Positions 15,501-30,500 of a DNA stretch of 64,000 nucleotides are shown in pieces (the first letter of the stretch is position 1; every line of letters begins with the position of its first letter). The translations under genes were made by a program, and so were the position numbers. Origin of the DNA: Phoronis australis (taxonomy: Eukaryota; Animalia; Phoronida); assembly GCA_002633005.1 (NCBI GenBank), contig NMRA01000160.1, forward strand, positions 79,552-143,551, read 5' to 3'. Below the pieces are notes generated by a model. That model had not been told where the DNA came from. It did not search any database and saw only the letters and a program-made list of their open reading frames with translations.

Positions 15501-18500
15501 CTTTTTGGAACCGCATTCTGGAAGACTCACGTTTGGAGCGGTAGGGAACTTATTTAAAAGTTATTGTAAAGTTGTTGCTTGTGATCATAATTATGTTTTT
15601 GTTGTGATATTTGAATCGGTGCTGATTGAGCGAGTTTATCTGTGTGTTTCGCAACCTAGGTTAGAGCGTGTCGACTTGGTTTTTGGAAGCCAGATTGTCT
15701 TGCAGTAATAATTTCTGTGTTAGACATGGCACAGACAAGAAGCCATGCACTCAACCAACTGCCTAAAATACTACTGAGCTAAGCACATAGTTCAAGGCAT
15801 GAAAATAAGATATCAAGTTGCCTAACATATTTCACTGACCTTTTCCTTTGTTTGCGTGACATTGGCATGGAGCTATGTGCTTAGCTTATTAGGGGCCCTC
15901 CTTTGGTACAGGAGCCCCTCGAAAGTTGTGGCGATGAGGGGTCAAAAATTGCTTATATTGTGTCCTCATGTATGCGGAAGATTTAATATAATTAATAATA
16001 TAATGTTATTAGTTCTCAATGCAGATGGCTCGTAATCATCCGATTACCAAACTTGCCCCTGTTGTCTGCTCCTGATACAGTTGTGTGGTACTTCCAGGGG
16101 GAGACTAGGAAATCTATACAATTAAAAACCAAACCTGATGCCATTTTGGAGGGTGAGGAGCGGTTCGCCATCTCACTTGTCTCTGCTACTAACAACGGAG
16201 ATATTTCACCTACGAATGGGGATGCCACCATCGTCATCTTACCAGATGATGGCGCCAGTGGAATAGTGGCCATCTTGCCCGAGTATCGCTCCGTTTTGAT
16301 TGGTGAACCAAGTGCTGTTTACAGAGGTGAGTGTGATTGACTGCTTGGAATTTCGAAAAATAGTACGATCTTGTTCTTTTGATTTCTGAAACAAAAACTA
16401 TGTATTGTGTTGTTAGATATTTTGCTTAATGTTCGTTTGATTGTTATAAGTTTTTATTTTAAAAATAATTGTTGTATATAAGGCAATTCTGTAGTCAATT
16501 ATTTCTCATATTACCAAAAGTAACATTTTAAGGCTCTTAAGGGTCTTTTTACTAAGCTATTCAGTAAAAACTATGTAAGTTAAAATTATAGTAAGTTTAG
16601 TTTGCTTAGAACTTTGACTATACAAATTTCCATGTGTCAGCCATACTGTGTGCTAAAAAGGAAAACAATTACCATGGAGTCCAGATATTGCCTAACACCA
16701 ACTTTTTAATTGGGCCACTTAACACAAACTCACTATCGTTATTGTGTCACTTCATTCTGAACATGGTGTGATATAGTCTCCTTATTGGCATGTTAACAAA
16801 TGGACATTTAGAAGAAATTTTGCAAAACGGTTACACTGCTTGAAAATAGCATTATTCCCATTAAGAAATGAGACGGCCTGTAGTTTTGGCCTGACCTGGT
16901 TATAGAACATGTTTTTTAAAGCCTGCTTAGTGGGGCTTGTTTGCTCTGTTTGTCTTCAGTTGTTAGTATATTTACTAAACATTGATTTCTTACTGAATAG
17001 TCCAACCTCTTTGATCCATTTTCCATGTCACTAAACTGTCTTTGGAGAATCACTTCCTGTTTTGCCTCTTCACAGGCCGTGCCCGGATTGACCTCACTCG
17101 AGGCGTAGGAATATTTGGTCGTGTGCGTGTAGAGTGGGGCATTACGCCCCGAGATCTCACTGCGTTCACTGCCGTCAATGGTGCAGTCTTCTTTGAGGAT
17201 GGTCAGCAAGTGACCAGCATCGAAATCCAAGCCAAGGATGACTCAGTACCAGAGATCAAGAGATTATTCACTCTAGAGATTCTCTCTGTAGAGGACGGCG
17301 CCAAGACATCGTCTGCTCCTGGCGCCACCATGGCCTCCATCTTGTTTGTGGCCAGCGACTACCCGCATGGCTCATTTGAGTTCCAGTCTCCTGCACAAGT
17401 CAATGTATCTGAGGATTCCGTTCAGGTGAGTTTAGAGTGCTTTTGTAGGTATTTTTCAATTGAATTGTCATTATGCTTTGCCAAATTAGTTAGAAACACA
17501 ATATATAGTGACGATATGAATATGAAGTAGGTTGAAAATTGACAAATGTTTTTAAGAACGAGTTGTATGGCGGAAATAATTCACTGCGAAACACTGAACC
17601 ATGTCCAGTAAGTATCGAGACGTGGTTCTGGGGAATAACACTGTATGATGTGGGCGATGTGAGCCCATGAGGTGTGTCATTAGTGCAAAGGCCACCTATT
17701 TGCAGATTTTTTTTTGTTTTCACATTTACAAGTTGTCAGTTGATACAACTGCACTTTGTTTAGCATAGATTATGTTAAAATAACACAGACTGTTGTTTAG
17801 TTCCCGTTATACATAAATAGAACGTGTCAATCCCTTTCAAACTGATATTACCAAAATGTTGTTACAGGCTTTTGCAGAGTTAGAAGTGGGTATGAGTTAA
17901 TTCAGTCTCTTCATCGCTCTCTCTTTTTTCCACCAGGTGTCACTCACCATCATGCGAAACTGGGGCAGTATAGGTCAAGTGCGTGTCGGCTACACTACCT
18001 CCCCTGGGACAGCCACAGCTGGCCAGGACTTTGATGCTGCGACAGGGTCGCTGACCTTCTCCAATGGTCAAACACAGCAGATGGTGGTCATCCGTCTGAA
18101 GGGAGATAACCTCCCAGAAGGTCCCGAGGCATTCTACGTGAATCTGACCAGTGTTGAGCTCCAGAGCCCTGCGTAAGTGACATTTTTATTTAAAGTCGCA
18201 TGACTCAATTCTAGCCGAGTTGCAGTCTATCCCTCGCAGTTGCAAACGCGACTCTGTTAATGAAGCAAAATTATCATCCCTCGGTGTTCAGTTTTGGTAA
18301 GAATCTTCATTCATGATGCTCATTCATTATTTGGCATCAGAGATACACTAATTAGTGTAATGCATTTGTTGATAAGAGCGACCCCTGGCTTGTAGATTCG
18401 ATTATATAGTTCACTAGTTATTGATTATAATGATGATAAGTTGGGTACTCTTTAATAGAATACGGTACAATCTCATCAAATTCAGACGAAAAATTGTCAA

Positions 18501-21500
18501 AATTATTTTTGATTCATTTTCATAAGGCTTCTGAAATTGCTGTGAACGTCCATAGTTTTTCAAAATATTGTCTATTGTATAGAACGCATTACTGATGAAG
18601 TCTTTATTTTGTGCTAAAAGGGCGGCAAAAATTTTAATTACAGAATGACTTAGCCACCGTCCTACTCTTGCTGTGGCAATGAGTTAGGTTTCTGTTAAGC
18701 GGTCAAGATGGTTGGATTCCAGGTCATTTTGTCTGAATACTTGTGGCTTGTACTGTACATAATCTTAAATTGGCTGTAGTACATTTTGTTGTTCAGCTGG
18801 CTATTATTGAATGTAAATGATGTGTTTAGTGACAACAACTACACTGTGGTGAATGGGCTCCAACAAGACATGGCCCCTGTCCTGGGACAGCTGTCAGTCA
18901 AGACCATCATCATTGACAAGAATGACAACGCCGAGGGGACTCTGACCTTTGACATAGCAGCTGTCAACTTCCAAGGTATGGTGTCGTGACAATGGTAATG
19001 AGGATTTTGAAATTCACTAGGTGGCGCTGTGACCTTGGTGCAACGCTGTATAATTATACAGCTTAGCACCACTGTGTGGAAAAAATGGCCGAATAAAACG
19101 TGACACAGAATTAATTACATGAAAAGCTACCTACACTGTTCCATATTTCCAGTATTTAAAAGCATGAGAGTATTTCGTGGGACAAAGGAGAGTTTTATCA
19201 CAGTGTGATCCAGGACAGTTTTGGTGCTGAATTGATATAATATTGGGAACCAGTTGGTACGGTATTCTGAAATTCACATAAAAGTTGGAAATTACGACAT
19301 GCAGTGCAACAGGCTGGCTTTATTAAAAGCATTCTGAGCACTTAATGTTCTGTGGCACACAATAGTGTGAGATGTATTTTGTTATTTTTTGTTATTTCAT
19401 TTACCAAAATAAATAAATTTTCTTGTTCTTAACAGTTCAAGATAACTATATCCATGATCCTATTCTTGTAGGTGGTTTTTGGTTGCATTTAACAAATGTC
19501 TCATTTAATGTTGCGTCCGTATATGCTTCTTTATGCCTTTAAATATGTAATAGCAACTTTTTGCTTGTCAGATCTATTCTGCACAGTTTTATCATCGATG
19601 TCAGATGCAATATGAATATGTTTACATAATCCAAATTCTTTCAGTTGCTGAAGACATTGGAATTGCACGCATCCCGGTGATACGACAGGGTGGTTCGTTT
19701 GGTCCTGTGGGTGTGCGCTACACATCGCGTAACCTTACGGCCGAGAAGGGCGTGGACTACATTCTGAATGACGGTGTGGTTCAGTTTGGTAACGGCATGG
19801 TCTATAATACTATCAACGTAACCATCAGAGATGACCCTGACCAGGAGATGGGGGAACAACTAGAAGTCAAACTGACTGAGGCATTAGGTGAGTGCAGCAC
19901 ATACGTCATTTGGAGCAGATAGAGAAATAGATTTTGAAGTGATCTCAGTGGTTCTTTTCACGTAAAAGGCAGGAGGATGTTGCCGCACAAACAAAAGCCA
20001 GACCAGCGCAGTTACCCTAGCAACCCAGCTAGCGGGTACCTGAGATGATAATGTTTAAAAGCCTTACTCGAACCAATACCCCTTTTGTCAACGCCATAGT
20101 CCCTACTCTAGTTGGCAGCATAATTATCAAAATAATCAAAATACAATCCTTCTAATCTTGTCTAAGCAAACCTCCCCCCCTTCCCCGAATATAACTGGCG
20201 TACAGGTAAACAAACTTGTAGAGATATCTGTGAGAAGAGTGTTGAGGTGTGATACAAAGCAGACGATTTAAGAGATTTTATGTTATTGTTCCCCACTGTT
20301 CCGGTTTCACAAAATTACATTCAATGGCATTATGTACTAGAGAGCATTTTTCTGTGGTTGTGGGTAAGAATAATTGTAATTTCATCTGCACATGGGCTGA
20401 CAGATAGTTCAGTATGTCGTGCATAGAGGGGTCTGTGATTGAAGTGTTAGGTCACACTAACTCAGTGGCGTGGTCGCTGAACGATAACACCTGGCTGCTT
20501 TCTTGAGTATTTAGTACTCACCTGTAGAATGCCATCAGTCTGGTTTTGTAATTAATTATTACGTCCTTGATAACACTTCAATTTAAAACACAATACGGCA
20601 GAACAGTTTTATTTTTTTTTGAAATTTCTCAAGAAAGCTGGGAAGAAATTTTTTTACATATTCTCAGCAACGTTTGTATTGTACCACCGTAACCAAGACA
20701 TTGGAAATCACAACTTTTAGCAGGCACCAAGCTTTATTGAAAAAGTGAAAAAAAGACAATTTCGTATTTGAAGAAACATGGCATGTCTTGGCCATGTTGT
20801 GAAGATTACTCCATTGTGTTGTTTTCTGTGTTTACCATAATAATGCTTTGTCTCGCCAACAGGTGGCGCCAGCCTTGGTGACCATAAGATCTCTGTGGTG
20901 ACCATATTAAAGTCGGACTATCCCAATGGAAAGTTTGGCTTCACTCAGCAAACCGAGATGATCATACCCAATCCAGTTAGCAACAGAGAACTTCAATTTA
21001 CAATTGCGCGCACGGAAGGATTCAAGAAGAAACAAATAGTAAGTTTTTTTAATTTGAAAACGATTTAGACATCGCAGATATTCTCCCCAAATTAACCCAC
21101 CCCCGCCACCTAGACAAAAGTCAGCTGCAGTCATGACCNCTAATAATGTTGTAGGGAGACAATCCACAGCTTTCCTCAATTGTTCTTGTATCTCAGTTTT
21201 CGAGCTGATCAGAGGATTTAGTACTGACTGGAAGTCAACCTGCCTGATACCTAGCGGTGTAGCCATGTGGCCACCATAATGTAATGTCACACCATGTTTA
21301 TAGTGTAGTTCTATGTGGATTTCACACAAAAATGATATTTGCCAAAATTATTGTTTTTATTTTCCAGGTTCCTAACGCTGATTACTTTGGTGCAATTGAT
21401 TGATATAAAAAAAATAATTGCAGGCGGTCTGATACACGTTGTACCAGACGTGCGCAGGTCTCGCATGTGGGCCCATTGCACTGATCACCTGGAAATATTT

Positions 21501-24500
21501 TTATGCTTTATTAATATATGGTTAAAACCGAGCTGAGGAGCTAGAAACCTGGCTCAAGGGTTTAGCAGTGTGACCTGGTGGGACTTGAACCCACGACCTC
21601 GAGTAAAGAAAGCGGGCACTTATCAACCAAGCCACACTGCCTCCTCTCAATTGATTGATACTTACTAAACCAAATGTTGATTTATGACATTATATACAGT
21701 ACAAACCAAGCTTAATAATAGACTAACGATCTTCTTTGTGTTTACGTTTGTGGATAATTTTGGCAAAATAAAACTTCAGCTGTTTACCACATTGAATGCC
21801 AAATAATTACCGTACTCTGAATTAATTAACTTTTTAATTAAACCAATCGTAGCTGGCAGATACTTCTTTGTGCACTAGGTCTTACCCGTGAGCACCAGTT
21901 TGTGTGTGATTCATGTTGAGGCCACCATTACAGAACGTCTGTTTTCAAGGTTGGGTGCAGTTAGCCGTAAAACATGTTAATGGTAGAACTGGGTGTCAAT
22001 CTATTCAAAGCCTCTCTGTTGTTTGAGATGGCTATGTCTACTGGGCTGAAGTGTTCTGGGCATTACATGGTATTGTCGGGATGTTGTCATGGCTTTCTTG
22101 AGCCTGTTAACTAAGGTCCTGTAGAACTTTATTCACATGTTTGTGTATTTGGCCAAGTATATACAAAGTTATTAGATTTTAACTTGGTTTATTACCGGAA
22201 AGTGATAAGCCTGTAGAATTTGATTTTTGACTTTATACCAATCTGTCATCAAGTCACGTGATCAATGTCTTTTTAGTAAAATTTACAAATGAGAAAGAAA
22301 GGTACGTTTTGTGCAGAAGAATTGAAGAATTATGTCACTTCCCTAAAACAATACCAATGCTGAAAAAAATTAATTGACAATAGCCAATAACCTGGACCAC
22401 AAAACTGGACAAAAGTACTGAGTAAATGATCCAGTTGTACACATGCATGCATTCAAAGCCTAGCTTTCTAGACCTGTTTGGGATATTTCACATGTGGATA
22501 TTTTTAATGAAAAGATGCTTTTGGATATAGGTCTATGAGATTTCTTGTGAACTTAAATTTCTTCTAATATTTACTAATTGTGATCGCGCAATAAATAAGA
22601 TATTGATGCAGAATATGACAACTGAGGATTCCTCTTTCAGAATAAGGTCCGCTTTTGTCTTTGAACAATTTTATTTTTTGAATAAAGGTCTCTGACAGAA
22701 AGTCTGGATTTTCTGGAAATATCCGATACTCCAATTGTGACGGTTTACTTTCAGTTGAAGTGGCAGATCATGGGGCCAGACAATGTTCAGAGGAAACTGG
22801 AAGAGACCAATGACATTGCCTACATTGTAAATGGGCGTGAGCTGACCCAGGGTCAAATGACATGGGAGGATCAGGAGGGAGGAGCTAAGTCGTTCAAGCT
22901 GACTGTCAAACCATATACGGACTGGGAGGTTCAGAAGATCTTCTTCATACAGATCTACGACATCCAATCAGAGCCATCAGGGCCGGAGAATGGTGAAGTT
23001 AGCCCTACCAGTCATACTGTTAAACTGACGGTGAGTGACTATGTGGTTGTACGTCGTAGGAAAGTTGTGGACTTGTTTTAGCTATAGTTATCACATGAAA
23101 GTGATTGATTGATTAAAATGATTCATGAATTGAAATTAGATCTAATTAACAAAGAGACACTAATGCGGGATATAGGTGACTGTAATTTATTAGTTGATTT
23201 GATAATAAGTTTTCTGCACTTTTTGGAGGGACGCGTCTTTGTAAAGACGATCGGCTTAAGGTAAAAGTTTTCCATTTGAATCCAGTAGGAATTTTCAGTT
23301 AATATATGCCTTGTTCTCAGTTCACAGAATACATTACTCCCAATCCAATGAAGCCATTCTCTCTGTGAGGTCACATGATGAACTCATGGTGATTTCCTGT
23401 TTCCATTTGTGTCCTTGCTTGACTATAGACAAAAACCTCATTTTGATTTTTCCATTCTAAGATATTCTTGCTAAACCTTAGCTGATTTGTTTGTTTTCTC
23501 CTTCTGAGGTCATGTGTTTAACTACGATTAGTTCAAACCGATTTGTATAATATTCTCTTTTTTCGATATTACAGTTTTTGCTTAATCAAAGCTGATTCCG
23601 TCATTCTCTTTTTTTCTCTAGTCATGTGACTACCTAAATCTCAAACTGTCATTTGACAAGCAAAATCCAAACTGATGCGTCCTTTTTCCCTTTCTGTGGT
23701 CATGTGATCAGTCAAACAAGCTCTTCCCCAGGTTCTCAAGCATGGTGACCCAAATGGCATCGTGCGGTTTGATGGTTTGGCTCAGGTGCCTAGAGAGGTT
23801 GAAGAACCGTCTGCTTCCCAAGGTGCAGTACAGATCAAACTGCCCATCTTCAGGTCTGAAGGCACAATTGGCACGCAGATGGTAAGATCAAACTTTTTCT
23901 GTTGTCTGAAAAATTCTTTGATTGCTTAGGGTGTGTTCAGTTTCTTATTTTGTCTTTTATTGGACTAACAGTTTAAGTATGGTCATTTTCTATTTAGTGA
24001 AAAGCTCCCGAAATCTGATTTTCAAGTTTTTGAGATGTTTCGACTGGTGGTACTGCCTTAGTTAACTGGCTAATTAGATGTACAGTAATGCTGTTATAGT
24101 TACTTAGTGCAATCATATAGTTATGGAATCATGTTTATAAGATCTTTAGTCACATAATTGACCACGAAGTATGCTCGTCACTTGTAATGCACGCATTTCC
24201 GCAGGTCCACTGGGAAGTGCGAGGGCCAGCCGGCACCGTGCCTGACATAGACCCCATGCTTGGCATCGCTCAAATTCCGGACGAGACTAGAAGGGGCGAG
24301 ATCAGTCTGCGTATACTTCCTGATGACGTGGCCGAGTTGAGCGAAACGTTTCAAGTGGTGTTGAAGCTTATAGAGGGAGGAGCTGAAATCGACAAGACTA
24401 AGAACACGTCCACGTTAGTTATAAAGTGAGTTGATGGAGATCGCTACTGTGGTGCCACCTGTGATTTGGTAGTTTTATCACGATTATTAACGTTTTGTAA

Positions 24501-27500
24501 AAGAGCACTATTTGAAGTCCATGTGAACTTTATCCATCTGTACTTGAAGCTGAGCAAGAGCAGATGCCTTTTCTAGTCATGTTTTTTGTTTGTTGAATGC
24601 CCAGTTTTAAGTGTCTTTAACCAAGGTCAGTATGCTGTTGTTTGCTGTCCTGAAATATCATCATAATGATAAGAGATCGTTGCAACAGGATGAGGATTGA
24701 AAATGAAGGACATACATTGTTTATTATACAGTTGACGATAGTTAAAAAACATTACATAAGACAAAATTGAAACCAGAAAGCATACAGAGAGAGAGGTGTT
24801 GTTTAAATCCAAGGTGGTGGTAACATATGTAGGTATAGGAAAACAACAGGCTCGTGGATGCCCACACACAAGTGTCATTATAACAAATTCAGAAGTATTT
24901 AGTATATCAGCAGTCAATACCACTGTTAAGTATTTATTTACTTCATTGAAAACCCAGGTGGAAAACAGACGGAATATAACATTTATCTATAATACAAGGA
25001 AATTTTCTGAAAATTTTGTTCCATAATTTCCCTTTTTGACGAGAAGAAACTTTTCTCAGCTTTTTCAAACTGTTGTGGTTTGTTCATCAGGTACAATGAC
25101 GACCCACATGGTGTGTTTAGCCTCGACCCCAAGTACCAATCTGTTATTGTCAACACGATCGACTTGTCACGTAAAGTTCTTATCAACATTACGCGTAACG
25201 CGGGTACATTTGGCAGGGTACGGGTCAGTTTCGGTATCGTCTACGACCAGGTGAGTGGGAAAGAATTGTTTACAACCTGACCTCACTAGATTATGCACTT
25301 TGCATGAGGTCAACATTTGAGGAGGTGACGAGGAAATGTCTCTAACTCTCAAATCTGATTCTGGGCTTACAGTATTTGCTGTGGTTAATAATTCTATTTT
25401 AGCCAAAGCGTTGTTTTTCAAATCTATCCAGATAATAAACCACAGGATATCTATTCATAGCCATTCTGTTGTTGAAGTTGGCTATATCTACTGGGCTTTT
25501 GAGTTCCAGTCACTACAGGGTAACTTGGGCGACAGACCAATGTTCCGATGGGTAGTGAATGGGGGATAGTACTGGTTTGTAATGTTTAACGAAGCAAGGT
25601 GTATGAGATTTCCGACGCATACCTGTGTATGAGATTTCATTTCAGTCTGATCTTCATCTGTATTCACTATTCACTAAATTAACAATCATGTAACAAACAC
25701 AAAACCTATTTCTATCATTTTCTCTTTCAGCCTGTTGATGAATTTTCTTCCTCACCTTTAATGCATGTAACTATTGTTTCTTTATCTTTTGTTAGTTACT
25801 TGTTACTTTATAGTTTTCATCACTAATTGAATGATTTTATTATAACTCACAGCTGTTTCATTAACCTTCTGACAGTCATCACGTGCACACTTCTTATGTG
25901 TTCACTACTTTCAAGAATTGTTAGTGTTGTGCACATAAAGTCCTATTTTTGGTAGCACCTCTTCAAAAGGTGTAACATGTTACAAACAATTCTTAATGAC
26001 TTGTGAACATTGCATTAAGTACAGTTAACTGTTTCAAGTTGTCTGAAAGTTTCATAATTGTTTGATGCGAGAGAATCGGTCTTTGGGAACTAAAAAAGAC
26101 GACAAAATTGCCATGTTGATGCAAAATAGCTGAAGAATTGACATAAGTAATTAAAACTAAATTATTCCCAGCGTTCTTGTTTCTACAGGGTGAATCAGGA
26201 ATATCGTATGTGCCTAGTTCATCTGCGGTCATGTTTGAAAATGGAGACAAGTTCAAGCTGGTTGATGTCAACATCCAATCTAATGTGTTCCTTACAAAGG
26301 GCACCACGTTTACAGTTGAACTGACCTCTGTACAGTACATAGGAGATGGTACGGTCTGGTTTTATGTTTTCTGTTGGTTTAGAAATGTGTTTAATATCAA
26401 CAACAGCTTTGAAAGAACCACGCAGTGCCATCTTTGAAACATTCTTTTTTAACTTCATGTTTAGAGATAGAAGCCTTTGAGTCCTTTTTTGCCACAGTGA
26501 GTTAACATTTCTAATTACACACGATAAAATTAAACTTGCAGTATTGCAACTTGCAGTTTTGCAACTTGCAGTATTGCAACTTGCAGTTTTGCAAGTTGCA
26601 GTATTGCAACTTGCAGTTTTGCAAGTTGCAGTATTGCAACTTGCAGTTTTGCAAGTTGCATAATCTGAAGCTAGTTTGTAGTTGAAGAAAAAATACGAAT
26701 TGCTGGAGCATCATGAAGGGAAGGCATTAGGCATCAAATGTTTTTCGTCACACGACTGACTATGAAATACGTATGCGTGACTCAAGATATTTTATTTGCA
26801 GACTCACTAAAGCAGTTAATTTCCACTCTTGGAAAATCGAAACATTTTTGAGTAGCATCACAAACAACTATCATGACAAAACGCTAACCCCCGTCTTCTT
26901 CGGACTGGGAATTGTGGGAAAAGTAGAAATGTTTTACCCACCTACGTACCCATCTTGGAAGAGAGAGGGCAGGGTAAGAGAAAGAATGGTTAATAATTTA
27001 AATTTTTGTTCATTTTATTCCAGCGACGATCCCGCCAAAGATAGCCGCTCAGTACAAGAATGTCAAGGTCGCAGTGCCACAGGAAGCAGCCAATAGCGAA
27101 GTGGGATTCCAGACAACGGTGATCAATGTGGATGATGGTATGTCATGTGAAACTGTTGACCACCGGTGATAAAACACTACTTTAAGTTAATATTGGCGAG
27201 ATCATTGCATTATTATCTAATATTTTTCTTTCAATTGATTCCTTGAGGCCGATATTCTAACCGTAGTTGATAGGCAGTATAACCTCGTCACTTAATGCAG
27301 TGACGCGCCAGATCTTAGTGACAAAACTGGATAAAGTTAATACATTTAAGGTGGTAAGATTTGTATTTTGTTCACAATCTGTACACTACCCTGTGCTGAA
27401 CGATTACCGTCCTCTGTTAAAAATACAACTGAAAGATTTGCCTGTTCATAAGACAGTTTTCCTGCAAACTAGTTCTTTTATCTGAGATTTCCACATCTTT

Positions 27501-30500
27501 CGACTTAACGTTCCATAGGTAGGGTGTTAGCTAAGCCTACATATCTACAAAATCTCCAAATTTGCACTGGTTGAACAACATAGGTCAAGGCTGAATGAAA
27601 CTGTGGGAATAAGTAATGTTGGTCTGTCAACTTACTTAGTACCATGCTTTTCATTTTTGCGAGGTTTCAGCTGAAAAGTTTGCTCAAAGTTGAACGTGCT
27701 TGACTTTGTAATTAGTCGGCCAACGCCTGTGGCATGCCGCGCGACATGTAGAGTCATCGATGTATGCAAATTTTGACGTCGATCGATATGTCGCTCAACT
27801 TTTTGCCCGACAATGTCGCTCGTTTGTAGTGGTTTTACGACGTCTGATTGGTTCTTCATGACGACTTCTGGTTTTAATCGATCAGATGTCTTTAAGTTAA
27901 CTACATGTAGTTGACCTGGTACAACCAGCAGCCATTGTTACCGAAGACTGAACTAGGCTATTTAGATTGTCGGTATGTTTTGAATGCAAAAACGGTTGGA
28001 AATAGGTGAAACACCAGATGGAGCTACTAAATGTTAACATTAAGTTACTTTTTAAAAGTTACGTCAAGTGCTTCATCGGTGGCTCCTAAATGGACAACTT
28101 CACGTTAAAATAAAATAAGATAAAAGTGGTTTATGAAGCTAAAAATAAAATCTATGAGCTCCATTCTGACAACAGTATAGGCGTAGAAAACTAGAAAATG
28201 TTAACTGGCCTTATTGCATAGCTTCGATTTTTGTGACTGCTGGAAAATTAAATTATAAACATTTTACATTTGCCAGGGTAATAGTCTTATTGCCTTAATA
28301 GGGCTGAATATGACGTTAAGTAAAATCACCAGTTTTATTTTCCAATGCTTGTTAACATACAGTGTTCTACGCTTTGTGCTGGAAACTAGTAATTTTTAGA
28401 TGTCAGTCATTCACCCTCTGGCTCCTCCCCTTGCAGCAACGAATAAAGCTTCAGTTGTCATTGAGCGAATTGGTTCCTACGGCAAGATCAGCATTGACTG
28501 GCAGGCAGGGTACCCTGTAGGCACTCTACCCCAGGGCTTCACAAGAGGAATCGTGCTCCCAAGCAGTGGCAGGGTACAGTTTAGTCATGGAGAGTCGACT
28601 AAGGCTTTTGAAGTTGAGGTGAGATGATATCTAAGACACGTTGAAGCTGGCAGATTAATTTATGGTAAAATCTTGCCAATTTCAGACAAATACAATTGCT
28701 GTAATAGCCGTTTTTGTCGTTTTTTCGAAGGCCTCTGAACACTTGATGGTGGCAGTTCTGGTGACAAGTCTAAAAAATGAAAAATCATTACTTTTGGGTT
28801 TTGCAATGAGAAAATGAAATATGATAAATTTCACTTGTCCACCATCATATTGTGTTCTACTTTATCGTATTTGTTCCATATTGACCATTTAAGCACACTG
28901 TGTGGAATGCATAAAGAACAAAAAGCACATAATGACGTTCCCATTTTGCGGAGGCTCAGGTTTACGCAAGAAATGCGTCCTTTTCATTGCGGTGTTGTGG
29001 CTGGTATAACAGTGGTTCCTAGATCGTGCTGAGCCCCCATTAGAACGCTTGAATCGGTTTAGATGTGCATGAGGCCTGGCCAATATTGTGATAGATTTGG
29101 TCTTCTGATCGGCTGCTATCACTCCTAAGTTATCGAAGTATGTACTAAACTTTCCCACGTGCACTTACTTCTTTCATGACTGTGCTCAGTTATTAAGATT
29201 TTAATCACATGACATCTTTCAAAAAATTTTCTGGAAGTATTTTGATTGTAAACCAGCAGAAAATCACACCGTGTGTGAAATGTCGACATTTCTCATTATT
29301 TATATTTTGTTTCCTTCACTCATCATATCGGGACTTATCTCGCCCGTACAGTTGACCTCCCAGGCCAATGCTGCTGAGTTGTTTGCTGTCCACCTGCCAC
29401 GTGACCCTTCATCTGAGGATGGGGGTGGAGCTAAGCTAAGAACAGGCTATACGATTGGTGAGATTGAGCCCATGGGTGTCATCCAGTTTGCAGCTAACTC
29501 ACGTACTGTGTCTGTCACTGAAGATGACTTGGAGGTAGGGATCCGTGTGTGTGTACGAGTGTTTCAATGCAACTTTTGGAGTTGGAAATTCATGTTCAAT
29601 TATGAAGTTGTACTTTGCAATCTGAGTGTGTTGACAACGAGCCAAGAGTGATATGTGACCCACCACCACAAAATGAGTCTTAAGTCGGGATTTGACATTT
29701 TTTTAATTGTTATATTTTCTGAAAATACAGTGTTTTCTGATCATTTTGAGGTATGAAACATGTCCTCATCTTCACAAATGACCGAGTTATTGCCAATTCT
29801 AGTCGGGGAAAGCGAAAATTTAGAGCTTTCAAAAGTCAAGGAAAATGGCCGACAAAAAGTGCCGATAGTGTCTTTAAAATTTCCATAGCAACCTGCAGTT
29901 GAATGCTACATTTCAGACTTATTAGTATACACAACAACATAAACAAATAAAACTAATCAAAAATTAGAAAGAATATAGACCTTATTATGTAATCTCAGCC
30001 AAAAAGGAGTGATATTCATGTTGGGTTGCTGCAACTGGGTCAATAAATTTCCCACCTAAAGCGGAGAGCGTCATTGCCTAAAGTATACAGGGTCAGTCCA
30101 CTTGTGGCAGGAGGGGTTACCGCAAGTAAAACAAGTAGTTAAGTGTATTTTGTAGAAGTTTAATACAATGAAGTCCTGTAGATTACAAAATACACATTTC
30201 TGGTTGATTTTTGTTCAAAATAATTCAAAATTTTACGCTAGTGTGAATAATTTTGAAAAAAATGACAATCACTCATCCCTATCCAAGTCCACTGACACTG
30301 ACTGAAGAGCAACCATTTCTTCAACTTCTCACCGAGTGATTCAGCCCTATCGAAGATTGTTCTCTCTTGCAGTAATATTCAGCTGCTTGCACCCCGATCC
30401 ACTGGCTTTGCAGATACAAGACATTGTTGTGCGATTAAGCTAATCCGGACTGTTTTCTTCAAGTTCTGTTTGTTCCAATCCAACGACTTGGAATCCAACG

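Noticed and set aside
21139-21139. Single N base
   Set aside because: Assembly ambiguity in an intron; exon phases on both sides remain consistent.
21573-21644. Possible tRNA gene
   Set aside because: Acceptor and anticodon stems do not pair properly; better explained as a SINE head.
26511-26714. ORF with LQYCN/LQNCK repeats
   Set aside because: Translation of the 15-bp minisatellite.
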